From Tubulanus polymorphus (lineage: Eukaryota > Animalia > Nemertea), in NCBI RefSeq assembly GCF_964204645.1, contig NC_134031.1:7502001-7566000 (forward strand): 64,000 nt of DNA, written 5' to 3'. Shown in pieces: positions 47,654 through 64,000 of the stretch; within the stretch, counting starts at the first letter, position 1; every line of letters begins with the position of its first letter. The position numbers were made by a program, and so were the translations under genes. The notes under the pieces are model-generated. The model searched no databases. It had not been told where the DNA came from and worked only from the letters and a program-made list of their open reading frames with translations.

Positions 47654-48729
47654 TAGTTACCTAATCGTTGGTGGTAAGCTTTTTATAATCGGATGGGCTT
47701 TTGTGATTTGTGAAAATATCCGATCATGAAACTAAACCACAGACAGGTTACTGACTATCCCCCCCCCCCCCCCAAAAAAAAAATCTTGAGTTCCACAATT
47801 TTTTGTCAAAGAATTTAAGAAAATTTCTTAAGACTTGATTTCACGTCTCTCTTCTCAGTGACATTTTCAGAGGAATTTTCTGTGAAGATGCATTTGAGAA
47901 TTTCAAACAGAAGAACGTTGATGACGTGCCATATCTGCAGATGGTGGTCATACTTTGATTTAGGCCTAAGAGAAAATATCGATTTTATCTGAAGCCTGTC
48001 GCTAAGAGGGTGCAATGGCTGCAATCACAGAAGTTCGTGGTCTATCAATTAGTTACACTATTTGGTGGGATGCTTTGATAATCGGGCTTACACCATTGAG
48101 ACCTACCGGGTTAGACGTTTGTGAAAGTATTCGATCATGAAACCAAACAACAGACAGGTTTCTGACTTACATTGTTCCAAATATCAGAAAAATATTTACT
48201 CTTGTTCATGCATTTTCTCTTAGGCCTAATAGAATAAGATAAAGATTTGGTTCAAAAATTAAGCCACATGTAGGCCTATAACGTAATAGCATCAGAATGC
48301 ATCTTCACGAGACTATTTTTTTTCTATTTCTGGGGCTGTCAACTCAGACACCGTCATAGAGGAATTCGTGACTTTGGTGCTCTCATGTCAAGGTGCTCTC
48401 ATGTCAAGTTTCAATGATGCCAAAAAGGTCCACTCTCATGAAAGTCGCACCGCCTAATAGTGCTGTCCTAAAATCACGTCAATGTTAGCTTAAATTCATC
48501 TTGAATTATGTTACCGGTACATATAGTCTGTTGTATTTGTGGATAAGAATTTCTTTACTTTGGAAACCGACTTTGGCTTTCATCGACAGTACTCAGCTAT
48601 CTCAAGTTTTGTGGATGTAAGCTAGTTAGTTACCTAATCGTTGGTGGTAAGCTTTTTATAATCGGATGGGCTTTGTGGTTTGTGAAAATATCAGATCGTG
48701 AAACTAAACCACAGACAGGTTACTGACTA
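47654..48729 (+). repeat. Dispersed direct repeat of about 103 bp, three copies
   Basis: tagttacctaatcgttggtggtaagc...acagacaggttactgacta at 47654-47757 and 48628-48729; diverged copy at about 48050-48167. Confidence 0.85.
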
Positions 48730-48947
48730 GATGTAAGCCAGAGTACAAAGATAGAAGCGTTTCCTGCCTTTCTGTAAAGTAAAGTTAGAAGAGGGCTTGG
48801 ACAAAGTGGTATGTTTGGAAATTTATAATTTCACCAGGTCCTGTGTTATGGCTTCAGATGGCAGCCGTAATGTATAGTAGGAGTATTGAGGTGGTTAGTG
48901 ATGGCCTCAGTTTAAATCAGTAAATCGTCTTGTATATTTAGGTAGCT

Positions 48948-56620
<7,673 letters not shown>

Positions 56621-56690
56621 TGATAAGTGCGGTGTATTATTTCATTTGAAGGCGCTTGATTCAAATGATTTCAGCATTTGTTGTTGACTT

Positions 56691-57690
56691 ATTTTTAGCC
56701 CACTTGGGACTTAAGTCCCAGCGGGCTATTGCGTTCATTTTTCGTTCGTATACGGAATCCATTTATTGTGGGAAGTTTTGAAGGCGCTTCAATGTAATGT
56801 CTTGATAGTAGATTTTTATATGTGTCTACCCTCAAGACACAGTGCAGCTCAAAAAATGGCTCAATCAGAATTAAGGCTGTTGTTATTTGTTTAAATCAGC
56901 AAATCTAACACATTTTTGACAATTTGATGGGAAATTTTGAAGACTCTTTCATCAACTTTCTTGATGCTCCGTTTATGTATGTATTCCCCCTGGGGCATAT
57001 CGCCATAAGGAAAATCAGGTAAATCGGAAAAGAGATGGCCATTCTCTGACTTTTTTTATGCCCATAAAGGTTATCTATTCTATAGCGCGAATTCCGAGAC
57101 CTGTTGCTTTCGAGTGGTTTGCCGTCTTCCATTGAAATTTGTGATGGGTAGATTTTTGGGAATGGATAATAGACCGACGTATCAGACCGGTTTTTCGATC
57201 ACTCAATTTTGACGCAATTTGCGGCCACCTTGACCTCATCAGTCCTCATGGGTATATGTGAAAAAATATTCTTTGAGGATTGTTCTACTGGATTTTACTT
57301 TTAGTCATGTTATTTGATAATTGTTATCGCGATCGTAGGACACATTTCCTTACATGGAATTGGGGTTACCCAGTATTGTGGGGAGTTAGATGTTGAATAA
57401 GATACTATTTTGCCATTTATATTAGTACCTTTGTATATTTTGTTACCACAATCAATTGCCTATTTGTAGCTCATGTCTCTATGTGGTGAGTTTCAAATTT
57501 CATTGGTTTCTGTATATTTTCACCAGGGAGCATTGAATAGCAGAATAACATGGTATTTCCATATATATTGGTACCTAAGCACAATCAATTATGAAATTCT
57601 AACTCATGACATGTTATAAGATTGTGGCAAGTTTCAAACTTATTGAATTCTGTATATGCTCAACAGGGGAGATGAATATTGAAATTATCA
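56691..57690 (+). repeat. HINE/Helentron-like non-autonomous element just 3' of CDC7
   Basis: Begins in a T-run with the palindrome AGCCCACTTGGGACTTAAGTCCCAGCGGGCT; internal repeats at 57430-57690. End approximate. Confidence 0.6.
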
Positions 57691-59549
57691 GTTTGTCGAG
57701 CATTTCTCCAGGTGTCCCTGTAACCTTAGTTTTTTGTTGAATGGATACTTTTAATCATAAATGAATGAATGAGCAATTTGTATAGAATCCAATATGGAAA
57801 TAAACCTTTGTTAGAAACAATGCTGAATATTTTATGGTTGTTAGTTCGTTGTTTTATCTTAATTTGTACCCTTCTCACTTAAATCTGAAAAATTCCTGTT
57901 CCCCAAGATCTGACACACTTTACTGTACCTCTGACCAGGTCTCTGGGTGTCCTCAAATATGTGTATCACTTGATTTCCAACTGAAATAATGAAAGATGAT
58001 TGAATCAAGTAAGTGTTGATTTTTGGCGAACAGCAATCTGCTGGGACCAGTTTTTGGGCTAAATGTGTCTAGGGTAGATATATGTACTAACCAAATATCT
58101 AGATAATCCAATCCATTGCAGCGTCTTTACTTCCCAAAATAACTGGATTCTGTCGACAATCGGACGAAAAGTGAACACAAAAGCCCGTTTGGACTACAGT
58201 CCCTAGTTGGCTAAGAACTAACTCGAAGAGAAAAACAACGAACAGCTTTTATGTGTAAAATTCATCCCAATTTTTAATGTATCTAAAGAATTTGAATTTC
58301 CTGAGATTTATACAAGATACCATTATGAACAAGGCCAGAATATGTACAAGAGGTAGTAGACCGCTGGTATCCGAGTACACGAACAAATATTCAAATTTTT
58401 GACAGCCGCGAAGAAGATCAGGGGGTCGAGTAATCCATACATTGTACCACTTTTTATTTACAATACGAACAATGCACGGAGGGGCAGGCAATGGTCGTCG
58501 TTGGTATACTCGGATATCTCCAAGCCTATTATTACATACATCAAATACGAGAGGTAAACAATATCATTAGGTATATTTAACTCCTTCATATAAAAATAAT
58601 ATCTCGACAATGAATAATATAGTATACATACAATTTACACAAATTACAAATACTACGTTTATACGTCTACGGATGCAAGAAGAAGGTCAGTGACCCCCTG
58701 ATTTACGCCCCCATCCCAGCCCTACCGGTATCTAATTTTCCAGTTTGACACATCAGCTGCTTTTAAAAAATTTGAAAAACAAAAATATCAGTCTGAACTA
58801 ACAACAATCAGTTTCTTAAACTACTTATACATTTTACATTTCGTATTTGCTATTTTTCAGACTTATCCTCCTTTTGTAAAATCATTTCGAGGTGAAGTAC
58901 AAAGCAGATGTACGCGGAATAGACAAAATAGTATAATTACAATCAAGAACTTTAAAAGAGTTCTATGAATCCATTACCGAAAGTCAAAACGTATTCCATA
59001 AGCTCGGCCAACAAAGTGGTAAGAGCTGATTTATTTGGCACATTGAAGAAAATAGGAGAAAATTTTAACAAAACTGATCTGAAGCTAATTCTACTAGGAG
59101 AGGTAAAAACTACCGATGGTAAAAAGTGAAGAAACTACAATAGACTCTACTCAAGTTGGATCCCATCAACTCGGATACTTGAATGTTGGTCGAAATATTT
59201 GTGTGACGCTTCACACAAAATATATATATCTATATATACATTGTAGCATCTAACTTGGATATCACTGAAATTGAACAAATTTTCAGTCCCTTTTGATCAG
59301 TCTACTGTAGTAATCATGTTAAAAAAACATGCTTTTAATTGTTATATAGGGTAGTGACGAGTCTTTTTGATGAATGAAATTAAATTTTGTTAGTGGTCTA
59401 GGTGGTGTTTTTATGTTTTAAGAAAATGTCATGGTTATACATGTATTACAATCTATACATTTCTTGTTTAAAGTCTGCGCAACCTAGCAATAATTCACCG
59501 GATATGATCATCCATTGTTGTCCTTTATATTATTTATTCACCGGATATA

Positions 59550-59724
59550 CAGTGGAATCTCATTTCAACGAACTTCATACGAATCTGTTTGTTATAAGCG
59601 ATAGTTCGTTACATCCAATATGAAATCAACTAAACGTTCTAACTTCTTATTTGCGACCGAATTCTCCGTTTTCCAAAATTCGATAAATCGTTATATCTGA
59701 GTTCGTCATTACAAGGATCCGCTG
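59550..59724. mobile_element. Tc1/mariner-type MITE, related to 56125-56292
   Basis: TA-CAGTGGAATCTC...AAGGATCCGCTG-TA; shares cgataaatcgtt(g/a)tatc(c/t)gagttcgt. Confidence 0.7.
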
Positions 59725-61429
59725 TAGCGAGCATTATGGTATTTAAACTCAATCAGCCTAAAACCGACACAAAACATATGAAATCTCTTGAGAGGCTTTT
59801 CTGATAAAGATTGGTGAAAGCAATTCACTTGATTTCAGTACCACATCTATCTATGGGAGCGACTGCAGTTTAGGTGTCCCTTATGGTTATGTACCTAACC
59901 TTACCATAACACTATTCTTTAATAACACTAGCGCCACCCAGTGGATAGGTGACCCAAACTGCAGTTAGACCTCTTTATGTTGTAAAGAAGTCTGTCCTAT
60001 GAGAAGAAATTTCATGTTATCTTCTCAATAACAAATCTTCACAATACCGCACGTGGCAGTTTCCTACATATATTTCTGGCACTCAGTAGAATCAATCAAC
60101 TCTACAACTGGTACATTAGCTGGCCTGATTTTATTGTCATTTAAAATAAACTTCTCAAGAGCTGTTCAGCCAACCTACGTGTTCACGGTACATAATTTTT
60201 CAGTAGTTTTCGTACAAATGGATGTAAGTTATCTTTACATACCATACGCAGCGTTCACACGACGATTGGTTAAACCATTTGAGGTCTACTCATAGTAGGA
60301 GTCATTCAGTACTACAGCACCGAAATACCAGGTTTAGTAAGCGAGGAAAGTGATTCCAGGTTAAGAATGGATTGAAAATAGAACACTAAAGCATGGAAAT
60401 GCCATCTTGAGCAAACTCCCAATATTGGCATAACTAAAGCGGAATCACAAAGCGCCAAACTATGTGTGAACATAACACACTCTGTAAGCTCGGTATTCCA
60501 GCAAATTCAGCACCACACAAGTACGGAACTTCCTAAACCCAGAATATTGTATATACACCGGTATATTGCAAAACATCACTTATGGCCAATTGATTAGGGT
60601 ACATGAACTGCAAGGTACAATGGAAACTCAAAACAAGAAGCTTCAGTTGAAATCTGTTAATTGTCATGTTCAGTCTGAAAATATTCGCATTGAGGTAAAT
60701 TAAAATAAGCATTTTTCATTTGTAATTTGTTACGTGCAAAAAATTATTAGTTCCTCATAACCGTTTAAATCCACCGTATTATCATTACCAACAATATTTG
60801 ACAAAATAAAGTTCCAGTGAATGCTACATAATCTTCAATCAAGATATTTAGTATTCAACTACCAACTAAATTGGTATTTAACTAACGCTTCAACAAATCA
60901 ATAGCTTTGGCAATTGGGAACTTTCGAAATTTCAGTATTTTTGAACAAATCATACCTTTCCGAAAGATTTCACCGTTCGGTAGTCAATATATACTGGTAC
61001 GCAATGAAAATTGATTGTCAATAATTAAAAATCATAAGTATATCCATATCAATGATAACAACAAATTTACACGAATAGAATACGCTAATCGGCCTATGAA
61101 AACCCCAACTTAAAAAGAGTCGCTTTTTCAAATACCTTCTTCTTACATCGAACCAACGAGTGTAGAATATTAATATCGTACGCTATTAATGACAACGGTA
61201 GATACAACAAGATACCTGCATTCTTATATAACAGCTAGAAACAACATTGAAAAAACGATCATGTTCAGATTGACTGAAAGCAAGAACTCATTTAAGTATC
61301 TTCTAGATTACAAGGGTTCAGTAATTTGTGTGCAATCGAATAGCTATTGTAAGGTTGATAAAGTAACAGTGTTTTGCCCACTTTCGATAAAAACTAGAGG
61401 TCCAGGGACCCTATGCCCACTTTGTAAGT

Positions 61430-62625
61430 GGGTCGAAATGCTCAACAATCTGATAATATCAATGTTCAACTCCCCTGGTGAGCATATACCAAAACCAATG
61501 ACCTTGAAACTCACCACACCCAGAACATGCGATGAGCTACAATTTTGCAAATTGCAATAAAATATGCCTAGGTACCAATATACGATGGAAATACCATGTT
61601 AATTAGCTATTCAATCCCCCTGGTGACCATATACAAAAACCCATGATTTTATACAAAACAAATTGACCTCGAAACTCAAAACAATCATAGAACATGTCAT
61701 GAACTACAGCACTGCAATTGATTGCGGCTACAAAATATGCATTGATATCAATACAAATAGACAAATTGTATATAATTCAATATTCAACTCCCCCTGGTAG
61801 CAACAATAACATTGTGTCACATTGCGAATCTCTATGAAAAATGGCAAACTATAAGGAAGCTACACGTCTTGGGATTCAGTCAAAAAAAGGTAACGGAACG
61901 GCCATCTTGTTTCCAATCAACCCAATTTTTCTCATTTTGATGAGCCCTGGAGGAATACAAATATATATATATGAAACATCAAGTCAAATTCGACATGAAA
62001 ATTCGACTTATTATGTCGAAATTCGACTTATTAAGTCGATTTTCTAGTTTTCTTTTCATGTCGAATTTGACTTACTTATGACGAATTTTTTGTTATTTTC
62101 ATGTAGACTTATTTTCTCGAAATTCAACATAAAAATAACTCGAAATTTGACATATTAACTCGAATTTCGACATAATTAACTCGAAGGGCTTTCTCTGTGA
62201 TGTCATGAAACGAGGTCAAGCATCGATTAGTAGAATGGGGGAAAAATTCATTGAAATTTTGCACATTTTCTCCCAGCACTTCCAAATAGCTTAGAGCTGA
62301 TGGACGAAACTTGCCATATTCAATTCCATCACCTATTTCGCTCCATATGACAAAATATGAGCTGTTTATATCCAGTGGTTATAATTAGTACCACCAAGAG
62401 CTAACTGAAAGCTACTCTCAGAACCATTCTAGAACCAGTCGGCCATCTTGGTTTTTTTTGGGCCGAAGATGCGTCAACGGTAGATACTTCTATAAACCAA
62501 ATAGAAAGACAATCCCAACATCTTCAAAACTCCCCAAAATAACTTGATTCCATCTACAGACGAATGGACGCATGTAAAGTGAATGCAAAAGCCCGCTGGG
62601 GCTTAAGTCCCAAGTGGGCTAAAAA
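61430..62625 (-). repeat. Second HINE-like copy, inverted relative to 56691-57690
   Basis: AGCCCGCTGGGGCTTAAGTCCCAAGTGGGCTAAAA at 62590-62624; 61460-61800 is a diverged reverse complement of 57430-57690. A third head lies at about 58160-58217 (minus). Confidence 0.62.
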
Positions 62626-64000
62626 GCTGGCTGAACCCTCCCGCGTCCAATAAGCAACAACCATTCATTATGAAATTGGAATGGTTTCATACAGTATGAA
62701 AAGCCTTCCATGCACTGCATGAAATAAAACCGAAACAGACATTGTTCCTGCATATTTCGTGACTGTGTTCATGACTGTATGCATTGCTCTGAAAAAAGAA
62801 ACAAAATTACTAAACGATGTTCTTTTTGCAAAACCAATATGGTGTGAAACAATATTAGGTTTCATAAATGTGGAAGAAAGAGAGTCACTGGAAACATTTT
62901 GAAATTTGTCAATTATAACCACGGTTTCTCATTGTTACTACGGTGGTTGTCACCCAAATTGAGCATTTACCCCAAGGGATAACTTTGATACTCAGTCTAT
63001 GAAACCGGGCCCTTGGATATATCAATAAGGGTTACAACTTTTGCTACCAAGTCTATGAAATTAAGATTTTTGGCAGTTTAGAGCTAGAAAAAGAACACTA
63101 TTGCATGAGACACCACGCAACGGCAGGTTGAAATATCACCGGCAGCTGAAATGTCCACTACTCTTTTAGCAATCTATTGAAATTGGTAACACGCTGTATT
63201 GTTTTGACTAACCTATCACACAATGATGCATGGCCTTTACTGAACTGAGTTAGTCATATATCTTCAAAAACATCAACATCAAAACTACACTACAATTTTA
63301 GCACATTTTTGTTTTTAGAATACATAATAAATACTGCCGGGGCATCATAACAATCGTGTCACATTGCGTTTATATTCCAGGGGGTAAAAATCAAATGATG
63401 GGTGCCATAACTTAAAAACATACATATTTTTCCTCCTTTACATAATATATAGCTGCCTTATCAAATACAAATATGTATGGCTCTACGCATACAGTACGTT
63501 TGCACAAGGACAACAAAAACATTTACGGGCAAAACACTGCAAAATTATTTCTACCAGTACTGGGTTTGATCAAATTCTTGAAAAAGTAACTACCCAAAAA
63601 GTAATCAATTTGATACAAAAACAATAGAGAATAATACATAGCTTACATGATCAGCATGTACCAGAATCAACAAGGTAGCCATAGCACAAAGATTGTCTAG
63701 CTGAATAACAGCCAATATACCAAGGTCCAGTTTTACAGACATACAAACTTTAACCCCCCCCCGAGTAAAATTTCTTATTACATGCTCTTCCTTCGTGGTT
63801 AGCGATAGGGTTCAGTTTTCAACGCCAAGATTAACTTTAGCGACCTGGTTTATGAAACCGGCCCCGGAAATACACTTGCATGAGACAACATGAAATATCG
63901 TCATGCAAACAGCACCTCAGCAAATCATCATAACAATTCCCTGACATATTCATTTATGAGACATGAAAACCTGAATAATCAATTTGATGGCTGCATTTTG

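Noticed and set aside
61189-61560. 123-aa ORF
   Set aside because: Runs into a non-autonomous repeat and has no domain-like features.

Overview
Eukaryotic, AT-rich animal DNA, probably from a marine invertebrate (inference from the repeat families and the GPCR type). About 1-19.6 kb is the right part of a decayed Polinton/Maverick-type endogenous virus. It carries two membrane-protein genes, a putative double jelly-roll major capsid protein, an integrase with chromodomain, an A32/FtsK-like packaging ATPase and three small genes. It is interrupted by an 11.1-kb Ty3/Gypsy LTR element (gag, pol with chromodomain, F-type env; ATTC target-site duplication) and a 1.06-kb piggyBac derivative (TTAA). 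About 21-36 kb holds a head-to-head pair of intronless class A GPCR paralogues. Between them lie a triple-RING virus-like gene, a decayed BEL/Pao element nested in a LINE, and a palindrome with two hammerhead-like motifs. About 40-47 kb is a dense nest of foldback/MITE elements. 48.9-56.6 kb is an apparently intact CDC7 kinase gene with 10 coding exons, followed by more non-autonomous repeats. The strongest unexplained signals are (i) a poxvirus-late-type TAAATG at all seven visible Polinton start codons and (ii) a Gypsy element combining a chromodomain integrase, a probably spliced F-type env with a C-terminal extension, and a hydrophobic segment ahead of the protease. All calls are by eye; no database search was run.
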